A stretch of 64,000 bases of DNA from Acidimicrobiia bacterium (GTDB lineage Bacteria > Actinomycetota > Acidimicrobiia > Spongiisociales > Spongiisociaceae), in NCBI GenBank assembly GCA_041576165.1, contig JBFGLM010000013.1, positions 1-64,000 on the forward strand, read 5' to 3'. Shown one piece after another: positions 47,035-57,596 of the stretch (position 1 is the first letter of the stretch; each line of letters opens with the position of its first letter). The position numbers and the translations under genes were made by a program. The notes beneath the pieces were generated by a model. It was not told the origin of the DNA, ran no database searches, and worked only from the letters and a program-made list of their open reading frames with translations.

Positions 47035-48255
47035 TCAGGCGCCGCCGGCTTCGCGCAGCGCCACGGTGGTGCCGGACAGCGCCTGTTCGAACGACGAGGC
47101 CGGCACGAGGACATGCGCCTGGAGCTGGCCGACGTCAACCGTGTAGTTCTCGACCGGGATATTGACCCGTTCGACCCTGCTCAGGTCGATGTTGCGGTTG
47201 TCCCACATGGTGTCGATCAATCCGGCGAAGTCGAGGCCCTCGTCGACGGTTACCGAATCCTGCAGCTTGTCGACGACGGAGGAGAATGCTGTCAGAGAGT
47301 TGAAGGACGTCAGTTTGGAAGCAATGTCCAACAGCACGTTCTGCTGGCGCTCTTGACGCGAGAAATCGCTGACGCCGTCCATGAGCTGCCACCGCCCGTC
47401 CACCAACTCCTGCGTGCGTCGGGAGCGGACCCAGGCAAGCACCGTTTCCCCGTCCGCCATTGTGCATCCGGCGTCGAGCTGAAGAAGGGCTCTGCTGTCC
47501 CGTACCGGGTTCTCCACGCAGATCTCATAGCCGCCCACCGTGTCAACCACCTCGGCGAAGCCGGCGAAATCAACGATGGCAAAGTGATCGACCGGAATGC
47601 CGGTGAAGTCCTCGACCATCAGTCCGAGCAGCTCCGGTCCGTTCGCGAACTCTCCGCACCCGTTGAGAGCCGCGTTCAGACGGGTGTTGGTTCTCGTGCA
47701 GGGGTTCGGGAGGTATAGGTCACGTGGCAGGGACACCATGACCGGGTCACCGCCGGCTGTTGGGCGCAACACATAGATGATCACGTCCGCCAGCGAACCC
47801 GACAGGTCGCTGCCGATCAGCAGGTACGCGTCGAACACGGAGTCATCGATGGAACTCGAAGTCGCGAAAGGCACCTCAAATCCGCTCGTGATTTCCCGAT
47901 CTGACAGGGCACTGCGCGCCCCGCCCAGCAGATCCTGATCGTCGATGATCGGGATATCGCCGGAGGCGAGTTCGGCCTCCAGCGCGGCGGTCTCCGCCGC
48001 TTCTACTTCGGCATGGAACTGCTCCGCTTGTTCGGGCGCAACGGACTCCAGCCGGTCGCGGGCCTGGCTGCCGTCGAACGGAACCCGCTCGATACCGCTG
48101 AGTGAGCGCCATGCAACGAATACGCCAATACCTGCGACGGCGGCAATGACGATTATCGCCCACAGCACTGCGCGGATCATCACCGACCGGCGCCGGGCCT
48201 CTTTCCTCGACGGTTTTTCGTCGAGCAGTGTCGTCGATTCGCGAGCGTCGTTCAT
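47035..48255 (-). CDS. LCP (LytR-CpsA-Psr) family protein
   Basis: LLIGSD, SLPRDLY, VDFAGF..VVD..GG, VRSR, DFSRQERQQ. Confidence 0.92.
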   Translation of the reverse strand: MNDARESTTLLDEKPSRKEARRRSVMIRAVLWAIIVIAAVAGIGVFVAWRSLSGIERVPFDGSQARDRLESVAPEQAEQFHAEVEAAETAALEAELASGDIPIIDDQDLLGGARSALSDREITSGFEVPFATSSSIDDSVFDAYLLIGSDLSGSLADVIIYVLRPTAGGDPVMVSLPRDLYLPNPCTRTNTRLNAALNGCGEFANGPELLGLMVEDFTGIPVDHFAIVDFAGFAEVVDTVGGYEICVENPVRDSRALLQLDAGCTMADGETVLAWVRSRRTQELVDGRWQLMDGVSDFSRQERQQNVLLDIASKLTSFNSLTAFSSVVDKLQDSVTVDEGLDFAGLIDTMWDNRNIDLSRVERVNIPVENYTVDVGQLQAHVLVPASSFEQALSGTTVALREAGGA

Positions 48256-48427
48256 GGTGAGCCAGACGGCATGCTACGTGTGTTGCGTTCGTACCCGATG
48301 AGAACCCTGTAAAGGTCGACCGGTCTGTGAGTCCCTGAGTGGTGGAGGCACGGATCGGTTCTTCGGATACGGTGATTCGCCGGTTTCGTCCTCTCGTACT
48401 CTGATCCTCCCGCAGGAGGCGACCTGA

Positions 48428-48832
48428 TCAGTTTCCGTCGGGCCGGAAAACCGTCCCATCGAATGATGCCAGGATCCGGCCGTCCGAGCGAACGACTGGA
48501 ATCCGATAGGTTGCCAGTCGACGGCTGTCGGCTACCTCATGAGCTTCTGCCGTCAACGTATCCCCGACCCTACCTTTCGCGCTCAGCACGATGTGTGCGT
48601 CTACCGCCAGCGCGCTACGACCGAAACCATTCGAGGCGAGGGCAAGCGCAGTATCGGCAAGCGTGAAGACGATGCCCCCGTGGACGATCCCCACGAAATT
48701 CAGATGTTCGGGCCTCACCGTCATGAGCAGCGCCACTACCGCGCCCGGGGAAGCCTTGACCCGTTGGATGCCCAACAGGTTCGCTACGGGGTCTTGTGCC
48801 AGCAGTACGTCGATCGAGTCGGACCGGGTCAT
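48428..48832 (-). CDS. PaaI-like hotdog thioesterase
   Basis: HLNFVGIVHGGIVFTLADTA. Confidence 0.88.
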   Translation of the reverse strand: MTRSDSIDVLLAQDPVANLLGIQRVKASPGAVVALLMTVRPEHLNFVGIVHGGIVFTLADTALALASNGFGRSALAVDAHIVLSAKGRVGDTLTAEAHEVADSRRLATYRIPVVRSDGRILASFDGTVFRPDGN

Positions 48833-48854
48833 CACCAGACGGTACCCTGCGTCC

Positions 48855-49484
48855 ATGCATCCGGTCGAAGCGACGACGGCAGTAGGTGCGCGATGGATGG
48901 TCGCCGGGTTGGCGATTTCGCCTGCTCTCCTCGCCGTGGACGTCCCCCTCCTCGTCGGTTTCACGGCTCATCTCGCGGCGCTTGTTGCGTTCGGACTCGG
49001 GCTCGCTCATGCGCTCGCTCCCCGCTCGGACGAAGCTTGGTTCTCCTCGCTCCGTTATCCGGGTGTGGCCCAGCTCGCTTCGGCGGCGGCGGTCGTGATC
49101 ATCGTGACGGGGGTGGTGGGGCTGGTGACGCTGGCATCTTCCGCTGCGCTCCGCTTCCACCCTTCCACCCAGTTCCTGCAGCTGATCTCGGCGCTCGACA
49201 TCGCCTGGGCGACGACTGCGGTGTTGCTCGGCGTCCGCTGGGCTCGCTCACGAAGACTGGCCACGTGGGCGGCGTCCGCGCTCGGGATCGTCTGCGTATG
49301 GTCGATTTGGCGGTACCTCGTAAATGTGGGGTTTGGACCGGACGGAGAGTGGCTGGTCACGCGGGCCGCCCTGTTCGAATACGTCCTACCATTCGATGTG
49401 GCGGCAGCATTCCTTGCGGTCGGCGCCGTAGTGGCCGGGATTCGGCGCCGTCAGGCCACTTGGCAGCCCAGCGCCCAGTCGTAG
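48855..49484 (+). CDS. Hypothetical multi-pass membrane protein
   Basis: Several hydrophobic segments; TACCCT-N6-ATG. Confidence 0.7.
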   Translation: MHPVEATTAVGARWMVAGLAISPALLAVDVPLLVGFTAHLAALVAFGLGLAHALAPRSDEAWFSSLRYPGVAQLASAAAVVIIVTGVVGLVTLASSAALRFHPSTQFLQLISALDIAWATTAVLLGVRWARSRRLATWAASALGIVCVWSIWRYLVNVGFGPDGEWLVTRAALFEYVLPFDVAAAFLAVGAVVAGIRRRQATWQPSAQS

Positions 49485-50239
49485 TTCTGAAACACGACCC
49501 GGGGCCGATCCGCCACCACATATCGGGCGAGATCGTCCGGCATCCAGCGCGTCAACGCAACAGCGACCCGACGGCGTCGGGCTGGCAGCCACGTGGGCAT
49601 TCGATGCGGTCGCACGAAATCCGCCCCGTACCAGAGGAAGATCCGCGATAGCTCCAGGACATGGTTGGGGCGGTCGGCGACTGCAGCTCCCGCAGCCAGG
49701 AACCGGCGCATCTGGTCCTCGAGCTCCTGGTCGATCCCCGAACCTGTGAAGGGTGTGCGCCGCAACGTCGGGCACGACAGCGACCCACACACCAGGGCCG
49801 CGTGAATGCGGGGATCGCCAAACCGCCGGATCTTGCCGTGCTCGATGTCCGTCAGCGACAGCGACTCTCCCGCTACCGAGATCTCGCGACGCTCGAAGGC
49901 GCCGGGGATCCGCAACACCGACGATGCGCCAACCCGAAACGCATCAGCTGCCAGCCGGATCGCTGCAGCGTTGTAGAGGTTGATCCAATATGCCAGCGCC
50001 GCCCCCCGGTGGAGTTGGTGCGGCTCGATCTCGCTCAGGAGCTTGATGTACCCAGCCGGCTCGGCTTCATCTATCTGTCCGAGCGCATCGGGCCCGCTCA
50101 GCCGTTCGAGAACCGGCGCGAACAGGGAGTGATCCACATCGGCTGTTCCTACCGGCCGAGGCCGGGCGACCCGCCGGGATCTCCACACCGACCAGGCTGC
50201 GCGGATGGGATTCGGGCCCGCAACTTGAGACTCTGCCAT
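49451..50239 (-). CDS. DUF547 domain protein
   Basis: AYWINLYNA, SLTDIEH, DPRIHAALVCGSLSCP, LSRIFLWY..DF, YDWAL. Confidence 0.88.
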   Translation of the reverse strand: MAESQVAGPNPIRAAWSVWRSRRVARPRPVGTADVDHSLFAPVLERLSGPDALGQIDEAEPAGYIKLLSEIEPHQLHRGAALAYWINLYNAAAIRLAADAFRVGASSVLRIPGAFERREISVAGESLSLTDIEHGKIRRFGDPRIHAALVCGSLSCPTLRRTPFTGSGIDQELEDQMRRFLAAGAAVADRPNHVLELSRIFLWYGADFVRPHRMPTWLPARRRRVAVALTRWMPDDLARYVVADRPRVVFQNYDWALGCQVA

Positions 50240-50332
50240 CGCCCTCACCCAACGCGCCGGGACCGCTGGTTGTTCCGCCGGGGCCGGCCGAGCGCACTGC
50301 TGACAGATCGTGCGGTCGCCTAGCCTGATTGG

Positions 50333-50914
50333 ATGAGGATGAGCATCGCGTGGGCTGTAGTGATGCTGGTAGCCGCCGCCTGTGGAGCAAGCGAGGCCGC
50401 TCCCGATACCATCCCGGCCTCCGCAGCCGCGGCCCTCGTGCCCGGCACCCTGCCCGAGGCGGATGTTGCCACGTACGAGGCCGCCAGCCTCGGATTCACC
50501 ATCGACCATCCCATCGACTGGGATGTCGAAGAAGATCCGGACCTCGGGATCGTGTCTTTCTACGGGCGCCTCGTGCCGGGTGACAGATTCGTCGAGAATT
50601 ACAACGTCGCCGTGGTCGAGCTCGTTGACGAGATGGATCTGGAGACGTTCACCGAGCTGGACGCCGTACGGCTGGCGGTCAGCGTCGAGGGTTACGAGGC
50701 GGTCAGTGGGGGCGAAACGACACTCGACGGTGTTCCGGCGGTGACAGTGGTGTTCGACGGAACCACCTCGGATGTCGCATTGCGGTTTTACCGGCTTGTC
50801 GCCGTCCGCAACGCCAAGGCCTTCGAGTTCACGTTCGCGGCCAGCCGGGCTGAGTTTCAGAACTTCTTGCCGGTAATCGACCAGATGCTCGCCGGTTTCC
50901 GATTCCGTGATTGA
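50333..50914 (+). CDS. Lipoprotein, PsbP/DcrB/LpqN-like fold (tentative)
   Basis: Lipobox AAAC; F.I..P.DW, NYNV, TTLDG.PA, F..V...MLAGFRF. Confidence 0.7.
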   Translation: MRMSIAWAVVMLVAAACGASEAAPDTIPASAAAALVPGTLPEADVATYEAASLGFTIDHPIDWDVEEDPDLGIVSFYGRLVPGDRFVENYNVAVVELVDEMDLETFTELDAVRLAVSVEGYEAVSGGETTLDGVPAVTVVFDGTTSDVALRFYRLVAVRNAKAFEFTFAASRAEFQNFLPVIDQMLAGFRFRD

Positions 50915-51045
50915 TCCGCTTCGCCGTCGCCGCCCCGTCGGGTTGGTGGTGCCGGCCGCTCATCCCTCCCCTTGGCGTAACCCACCGCTACCCCTAACCT
51001 GCCCGGCGGCGGAGAGTCATCTGGTCCTGTACGCGGGAGAGATCC

Positions 51046-52758
51046 ATGCGAACTGTCACACTCACTGCCGTTTCCGTCCTTCTCACGGTGCTGCTGGGCG
51101 CTGCCACCTTGACCGCGGGTGCCGCCGGCCTGCCACCCGGTGGCACCTTCTGGGACGACAACGGCAACACTCACGAGGGCTTCATCGAAGCAATCGCCGC
51201 CATCGGCGTGACTCAGGGGTGCGACGACAACGGCCGCTATTGCCCGCGGACGTTCGTTACGCGGGAACAAATGGCAACGTTCCTGGCTCGCGGTCTGGGT
51301 CTCAGCCCGATCGCCAGCGGGCCCTTCAGCGACGTGGTCGGCACCCATGCCGGCAACGTGAACGCAATTGCCAGCGCCGGAATCAGTCTGGGCTGCAATC
51401 CTGCGGGCACGCTGTTCTGCCCCACCGATCCGGTCCGCAGGGACCAGATGGCGTCGTTCCTCGCCCGGGCCCTCGACAATCTGGATCCGGCTACGGGCGA
51501 CGCCTTCACCGACGACGAAGGAAACGTCCACGAGGACAACATCAATATCGTGGCCGCCAACGGGATCTCGCTCGGCTGCGACGACACCGGAACCCTGTAC
51601 TGCCCGCTCAGCATCGTGCTGCGCGACCAGATGGCATCGTTCCTGGGCCGGGCGCTCGACCTCACAGAAGTGGCGGTTCCACCCGCGTCTGACCCGGGCA
51701 CCCAGCTCATCGCGTCCGGGTTGAGCGGTCCGCTGCTGGTGACCTCCCCGCCCGGTGACGGCCGGCTCTTCATCGTGGAGAAGGGTGGGTTCATATCGGT
51801 GGTCGAGAACGGGACGCTGCGATCTACCAAGTTTCTCAACATCAGCTCACTCGTGTCCAAGGGCTCAGAACAAGGCCTGCTGGGCATGGCCTTTCATCCG
51901 GCGTACAGCTCTAACGGACTCTTCTACGTCAGCTATACCGACACGTCCGGCGACTCCCGGATCGTTGCGTACTCGGTGTCGGGTGACCCCAACGTGGCCG
52001 ACCCCAACAGCGGCTCGACGGTGCTGATCGTCGACCAGCCGGCCACCAACCACAACGGCGGCCACATCGCGTTCGGCGAGGACGGGTACCTCTTCTTCGG
52101 TCTCGGCGATGGGGGTGGCCGTGGCGACCCCAACAACCACGGGGAGAAACCCACGACCCTGCTCGGTTCGATGCTGCGGATCGACGTCGACGGCGATGAC
52201 TTCCCCAACGATTCCACCCGCAACTACGCGATTCCTCCCGGCAACCCGTTCGACGGGACTACATCGGGCGCCGACGAGGTGTGGGCCTATGGACTGCGTA
52301 ATCCATGGCGCTGGTCGTTCGATCAGGTCGACGACAACCTGTACATCGCCGACGTCGGCCAGAATTCCTGGGAAGAGGTCAACGTGGCGCCCGCGGCCGA
52401 ATCCGCAGTGAACTACGGGTGGGACATCCTCGAAGGCACACATTGCTTCGAGCCGTCTTCGGGGTGCAGCAGCCTTGGCACCTGGCTGCCATCGATCGAA
52501 TACTCACACAACCAGGGCAGGTCGGTGACAGGCGGCTACGTGTACCGGGGGGCAGCCATGTCCGACCTCAACGGTGTGTATTTCTACGGCGACGCCAGCT
52601 CGGGGTGGGTGCGCAGCTTCCGCTACGTCGACGGAAGGGTATTCGACCAGCGACTTTGGTCCGGTCTCGGAGTCGGCGGCGTCTGGTCATTCGGGCAGGA
52701 CGCAGCCGGAGAGTTGTATATCACCACTTCGTCGTCGGTGTACAAGATCGTGCCCTGA
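51046..52758 (+). CDS. Secreted SLH-domain PQQ-dependent sugar dehydrogenase family protein
   Basis: Signal peptide; three GC...FCP...REQMA/RDQMA SLH-like repeats; EQGLLGMAFHP, NHNGG, YGLRNPWR. Confidence 0.9.
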   Translation: MRTVTLTAVSVLLTVLLGAATLTAGAAGLPPGGTFWDDNGNTHEGFIEAIAAIGVTQGCDDNGRYCPRTFVTREQMATFLARGLGLSPIASGPFSDVVGTHAGNVNAIASAGISLGCNPAGTLFCPTDPVRRDQMASFLARALDNLDPATGDAFTDDEGNVHEDNINIVAANGISLGCDDTGTLYCPLSIVLRDQMASFLGRALDLTEVAVPPASDPGTQLIASGLSGPLLVTSPPGDGRLFIVEKGGFISVVENGTLRSTKFLNISSLVSKGSEQGLLGMAFHPAYSSNGLFYVSYTDTSGDSRIVAYSVSGDPNVADPNSGSTVLIVDQPATNHNGGHIAFGEDGYLFFGLGDGGGRGDPNNHGEKPTTLLGSMLRIDVDGDDFPNDSTRNYAIPPGNPFDGTTSGADEVWAYGLRNPWRWSFDQVDDNLYIADVGQNSWEEVNVAPAAESAVNYGWDILEGTHCFEPSSGCSSLGTWLPSIEYSHNQGRSVTGGYVYRGAAMSDLNGVYFYGDASSGWVRSFRYVDGRVFDQRLWSGLGVGGVWSFGQDAAGELYITTSSSVYKIVP

Positions 52759-52857
52759 CCACGTCTGGATCTCGATCGGACTGCCAGGACGACCCGATCC
52801 GTGGTAATGCGGGAGGAACCGCGGAAGCGCCGTCGAGCGGAACTACCATGCGCGCCC

Positions 52858-53730
52858 GTGCTGGCGCTGAAACATCTCTCGTCCGGCAAGGTGCGGGACA
52901 TCTATGAAATCGACTCCGATCGGCTGCTGCTCGTGGCGTCCGACCGGATCTCGGCTTATGACGTGATCATGTCGCAGCCCATCCCTGACAAGGGCCGCGT
53001 GCTGACCGGGCTGTCGCTCCACTGGTTCGACCTGGTGAAGCATCCGAATCATCTGCTCACGACGGATCTGGACGGCATCCGCGGCCTGCCCGCCGCCCCA
53101 CAAGAGCTGCGGGGCCGGTCGATGGTGGTCCGCCGGGCGGAGGTGATCCCCGTGGAGTGCGTGGTGCGCGGGTACCTGTACGGATCGGCCTGGCGAGAAT
53201 ACGCCGCCGGCGGTGGACCTTCGACCGGACATCTGCCACCCGGGCTCGAGCTCGGCTCCAAGCTGGGCCGGCCGGTGTTCACGCCGGCCACCAAAGCCAC
53301 CTCCGGCCACGACCAAAACCTGTCGGAACTAGAAGCCCGCGCCGCGCTCGGGGACGACCTGTACGAGGAGTTGCAGGCGCGGTCGCTCGAGATATACACA
53401 ACTGCCGCCGACTACGCCGCCGAGCGCGAGGTGCTGCTGGCCGACACCAAGTTCGAGTTCGGGTGGATCGACGGACAGATCACGTTGATCGACGAGGTAC
53501 TCACCCCAGATTCGTCCCGCTACTGGCCGGCCGCACAGTATGCGCCGGGACGGGTGATGCCATCCTACGACAAGCAGTATCTGCGGGACTGGCTGGATGC
53601 GACCGGCTGGGACCACTCGCCGCCGCCCCCGAATCTCCCGCCTGAGGTGATCGCCGGGACCCGGGCGCGGTACGTGGAAGCCTTCGAGGTCATGACCGGT
53701 ACGAGTTTCGCTACCTATTTGGGGGTTTGA
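52858..53730 (+). CDS. purC: SAICAR synthase (start approximate)
   Basis: SGKVRDIY, SDRISAYD, ECVVRGY, DTKFEFG, DEVLTPDSSR, DKQ. Confidence 0.95.
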   Translation: MLALKHLSSGKVRDIYEIDSDRLLLVASDRISAYDVIMSQPIPDKGRVLTGLSLHWFDLVKHPNHLLTTDLDGIRGLPAAPQELRGRSMVVRRAEVIPVECVVRGYLYGSAWREYAAGGGPSTGHLPPGLELGSKLGRPVFTPATKATSGHDQNLSELEARAALGDDLYEELQARSLEIYTTAADYAAEREVLLADTKFEFGWIDGQITLIDEVLTPDSSRYWPAAQYAPGRVMPSYDKQYLRDWLDATGWDHSPPPPNLPPEVIAGTRARYVEAFEVMTGTSFATYLGV

Positions 53731-53978
53731 TGAAGGTTCGAGTGACGATCACCCGCCGGGAACAGATCGCTGATCCGCAAGGAGCCGCCGTGGCCCGGGG
53801 GCTACGCGACCTGGGTTACACAGAGGTGGCGGCGGTCAGAGTCGACCGCATCGTCGATCTCGAAATCGATGGCACGGATCCGTCGGCCGTCGAGGCTCGC
53901 GTCGCCGAAATGTGCCGGCGGCTGCTGGCCAATCCGGTGATGGAAGATTTCGAGATCACCATGGGGGCGCCGGCATGA
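53730..53978 (+). CDS. purS: FGAM synthase subunit PurS
   Basis: DPQG, LLANPVMED. Confidence 0.93.
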   Translation: MKVRVTITRREQIADPQGAAVARGLRDLGYTEVAAVRVDRIVDLEIDGTDPSAVEARVAEMCRRLLANPVMEDFEITMGAPA

Positions 53979-54670
53979 GGGCTGCAGTCGTGGTCTTTCC
54001 CGGCACCAACTGCGAACACGACGTGGTGTACGCCCTTCGGGCCCTCGGCGCCGAAGCTGAACTCGTCTGGCACCGGGACACAGACCTGTCCGGTGCCCAG
54101 GGGGTTGTTCTCCCGGGCGGGTTCGCGCACGGTGATTACCTGCGGACCGGCGCCATCGCCCGCTTCTCACCGGTGATGTCCGAGGTTGCTCGTTTTGCTC
54201 ACGAAGGCCGCCCGGTGCTGGGGATCTGCAACGGGTTTCAGATTCTGTGCGAGGCGGGCCTGCTGCCCGGTGTTCTGCTCCAGAACAACGGCTTGAGATT
54301 CATATGCCGCCCCGTTCATCTGCGGGTCGAGTCGACCGAGTCGGTGCTCACACGGGCGGCCACCGCCGGTCGGGTGCTCCGTATCCCGCTCAACTCTTAC
54401 GAGGGGAACTACACGGCGCCGGCGGATGACTTCGCCGCGCTGGAAGCCGGCGGCAGGATCATCTTGCGCTATGCCGATCCGGATGGGCACGTCGACACGA
54501 CCACGAATCCGAATGGTTCGATGGGCAATGCCGCGGGGATCACCAATGACGCGGGCAACGTAGCGGGTTTGATGCCCCACCCCGAACGGGCGATTGAAGG
54601 CATTCTCGGTTCGGACGACGGCACGGTGCTGCTCGAGTCGTTCGTGGCCAGTGTCCCGGCGGGAGTCTGA
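53975..54670 (+). CDS. purQ: FGAM synthase subunit PurQ
   Basis: FPGTNC, PGGF.HGDYLR, GICNGFQ, MPHPER. Confidence 0.95.
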   Translation: MRAAVVVFPGTNCEHDVVYALRALGAEAELVWHRDTDLSGAQGVVLPGGFAHGDYLRTGAIARFSPVMSEVARFAHEGRPVLGICNGFQILCEAGLLPGVLLQNNGLRFICRPVHLRVESTESVLTRAATAGRVLRIPLNSYEGNYTAPADDFAALEAGGRIILRYADPDGHVDTTTNPNGSMGNAAGITNDAGNVAGLMPHPERAIEGILGSDDGTVLLESFVASVPAGV

Positions 54671-54674
54671 GCAG

Positions 54675-56822
54675 ATGGCGGCAACGATGTACGAAACGCT
54701 CGGTATGAGCACCTCCGAGTACGAAAGCCTCTGCGACATCCTCGGGCGCCCGCCCCGCCCGGCCGAACTGGCGATGTATTCGGTGATGTGGTCGGAGCAT
54801 TGCTCCTACAAGTCCTCCCGCAAACACCTTGGCCGGTTCCCGTCCGACGCCCCCTGGGTGGTGGTGGGACCTGGAGAGAATGCCGGCGTGGTGGATCTTG
54901 GTGATGGCTGGCTGGCGGCGCTGCGGATCGAGTCGCACAACCATCCGTCGTTCGTCGAGCCTCACCAAGGAGCCGCAACCGGTGTCGGCGGCATCCTGCG
55001 CGACATCTTCACGATGGGCGCCCGCCCGATCGCGCTGTGGGACCAGATCCGCTTCGGGCCGCTCGACGAGCCGCACAACCGCTACCTGTTCTCCGGGGTG
55101 GTGTCGGGCGTGGCCGGCTACGGCAACGCGGTCGGCGTGCCGACGGTCGGCGGCGAGGTGGCCTTCGAGGATTGTTATTCGAGGAATCCACTGGTCAACG
55201 TGATGTGCCTCGGCATCTTGCACCGGGACCAGCTGGTGCTGGGTACTGCCGGCACTCCCGGCACGGCTGCGGTCCTGCTCGGTGCGGCGACCGGACGCGA
55301 CGGGATCGGGGGTGCCTCCGTTCTCGCGTCGGCCGGGTTCGATGCGGCGAGCAGCGACAAACGCCCCTCGGTCCAGGTGGGAGATCCCTTCGAGGAGAAG
55401 AAATTGATCGAAGCGTGCCTCGAGATGTACCGATCAGACCTGGTGGTTGGTGTGCAGGATCTGGGAGCGGCCGGCCTGAGCTGCGCAACGTCGGAACCGG
55501 CCGGACGTGCCGGCACCGGCATGGACGTCGACCTCGACGCGGTTCCGGTCCGCGAATCCGACATGACCGCCCCGGAGCTGCTCATGTCCGAATCTCAGGA
55601 ACGGATGATGGCGTTCGTCGATCCTGCCAAGCTGGCTCAGGTCCTGGAGGTGGCGGCCCGCTGGGAGGTAGATGCGGCAGTAGTCGGCACTGTGACCGCT
55701 GGCAATACATTGCGGGTCACCCACAACGGTGAGCTGGTGGCCGAGGTGCCGGCGAATACCCTGGCCGATGCCGCACCCCTCTACGACCGACCCGCGGCCC
55801 GGCCCGACTGGCTGGATGCGGCGTGGGCCAGCCCCGGGCCGCCACCACCGGACAACGCTGCGGAGGCGCTGCTCGTGCTACTCGACGATCCATCCATCGG
55901 AGAGGCCGCCTGGGTCTATCAGCAGTACGACCACATGCTGTTCTTGAACACGCTGATCGGCCCCGGCGGCGACGGTACGTTGTTGCGGCTCAAGGGCACG
56001 TCTAAGGGACTGGCCGTCTCGACCGACGGCAACGGGCGCGCCTGCTACCTCGACCCGCGCCGGGGCAGTCAGGCGCTCGTCTACGAGGCAGCGCTGAACG
56101 TTGCGGTCCACGGAGCCAGGCCGTTGGCGGTCGTCGACAACTTGAACTTCGGGAATCCGGAAAAGCCCCAGGTCATGTGGCAGCTGATCGAGAGCATCGA
56201 AGGAATCTCCGAAGCGTGTGAGGCTCTGGATGTTCCGGTGGTCGGCGGCAACGTATCTCTCTACAACGAGACCGAGTCGGACGACATCTACCCGACGCCC
56301 GTAGTGGGGATGCTCGGGCTGGCCGACCCGATTCCGTCGAACCCAGCCGGGATGGACGGAGCCCGGGCCGGCGACGAGCTATGGCTGGTCGGGCCCGTAG
56401 GCGCCACCAACCTGGCTGCGTCGGCATATTCCAAAATCATCGGTGGGACCTTGGGGGGCCGTCCGACCCAGCCCTCGCCGGAGGCTGCCCGGGCCGCGAT
56501 TTCCGCCGCCCTCGAGCTGGCCCACGGAAACGTGGCCCACGCGTTGCACGACGTGTCCGACGGTGGGATCGCGGTGGCTGCGGCCGAGATGGCCATCACG
56601 GCCGGAGTGGGCGTCGCAGTGTGGCTCGATGACTGGCGGGAGTACTTCGCCGAGGACCCACACCGTCTGCTGGTTGCCGCGCCGCCGGGCGCTGAGCTGG
56701 GAGCCGGGGCGAAGGCAATCGGGCGGTTCGGCGGCGACGAGATCGTGCTCGGGAACAACGTTGTGTCGTTGCAGGCGGCCACCCACGCCTGGCGCAACGC
56801 CCTACCCCGCCGGATGGACTGA
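54675..56822 (+). CDS. purL: FGAM synthase subunit PurL
   Basis: [40 protein letters not shown]. Confidence 0.97.
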   Translation: MAATMYETLGMSTSEYESLCDILGRPPRPAELAMYSVMWSEHCSYKSSRKHLGRFPSDAPWVVVGPGENAGVVDLGDGWLAALRIESHNHPSFVEPHQGAATGVGGILRDIFTMGARPIALWDQIRFGPLDEPHNRYLFSGVVSGVAGYGNAVGVPTVGGEVAFEDCYSRNPLVNVMCLGILHRDQLVLGTAGTPGTAAVLLGAATGRDGIGGASVLASAGFDAASSDKRPSVQVGDPFEEKKLIEACLEMYRSDLVVGVQDLGAAGLSCATSEPAGRAGTGMDVDLDAVPVRESDMTAPELLMSESQERMMAFVDPAKLAQVLEVAARWEVDAAVVGTVTAGNTLRVTHNGELVAEVPANTLADAAPLYDRPAARPDWLDAAWASPGPPPPDNAAEALLVLLDDPSIGEAAWVYQQYDHMLFLNTLIGPGGDGTLLRLKGTSKGLAVSTDGNGRACYLDPRRGSQALVYEAALNVAVHGARPLAVVDNLNFGNPEKPQVMWQLIESIEGISEACEALDVPVVGGNVSLYNETESDDIYPTPVVGMLGLADPIPSNPAGMDGARAGDELWLVGPVGATNLAASAYSKIIGGTLGGRPTQPSPEAARAAISAALELAHGNVAHALHDVSDGGIAVAAAEMAITAGVGVAVWLDDWREYFAEDPHRLLVAAPPGAELGAGAKAIGRFGGDEIVLGNNVVSLQAATHAWRNALPRRMD

Positions 56823-56882
56823 GGTTCGCGCGGCAACCTTAGGCTCGGAGGTGCCCTGAGGGGCCCCTCTGGCCGAAAGTTC
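56823..56882 (+). repeat. ~60-bp palindromic intergenic repeat, copy 1
   Basis: GGTTCG..AACCTTAGGCT..GTGCCCTGAGGGGCCCC..GCCGAAAGTTC. Confidence 0.75.
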
Positions 56883-56948
56883 CCGCCGCCCACCGGCTGG
56901 AGCACCCAGAGGCCGACAGCGCAGGGCTGACCAAGTACCCTGCCCGGC

Positions 56949-57461
56949 ATGGACCACTGGGACGCAATCACCTCCCGCCGCAACGTGCGGCAGTTCGCCG
57001 ACCAACCGATCTCCGACGGAGACCTCCGCAAGATCCTCGAGGCGGGCCGACGGAGCCCTTCAGCCCGCAATAGCCAGCCGTGGGATCTGGTCGTCGTTCG
57101 TGACGAGGGCACACTCGCGGAGCTGGCCGGTGTCTGGCGCGGCGCTTGGATGGTGGCCGATTCAGCCGCAACGGTGGCGATCATCGCGGCAGAGCCCGAT
57201 TCCGATCAGCGGGACACCCTCTTCTACGACCTCGGACAGCTGACCATCATGATGATGCTCGCGGCAACCGGCCTCGGCATCGGCTCCGCCCACGCCTCGG
57301 TCCAGGATCAGGACCTGGCCCGCCGCCTGCTCGGACATCCCAAAGACCGTTTCTGTGCACGGCTCCTGGCGTTCGGGGTGCCCGCCGATGGGCCGGTGCG
57401 GCCCTTGGCGAGGATCGACCGCCGTCCGTTGGAGGACGTCGTTCATTGGGAACGTTGGTAG
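56949..57461 (+). CDS. Nitroreductase family protein
   Basis: SRRNVRQF, SPSARNSQPW, DLG, LGIGS. Confidence 0.92.
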   Translation: MDHWDAITSRRNVRQFADQPISDGDLRKILEAGRRSPSARNSQPWDLVVVRDEGTLAELAGVWRGAWMVADSAATVAIIAAEPDSDQRDTLFYDLGQLTIMMMLAATGLGIGSAHASVQDQDLARRLLGHPKDRFCARLLAFGVPADGPVRPLARIDRRPLEDVVHWERW

Positions 57462-57528
57462 CACCGGCCGGCCCCAGCAGACAGCGCCCGCATGGGCGTA
57501 GGCACGACTCAGTGGCGCCGTGCCGCTC

Positions 57529-57586
57529 GAACTTTCGGCTGTGGGGTGCCCTGAGGGGCCCCCGCAGCCTAAGGTTCGCCCGAACC
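57529..57586 (-). repeat. ~60-bp palindromic intergenic repeat, copy 2 (inverted)
   Basis: Reverse complement reads GGTTCG..AACCTTAGGCT..GGGGCCCCTCAGGGCAC..GCCGAAAGTTC. Confidence 0.75.
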
Positions 57587-57596
57587 AGGAGGCCGC

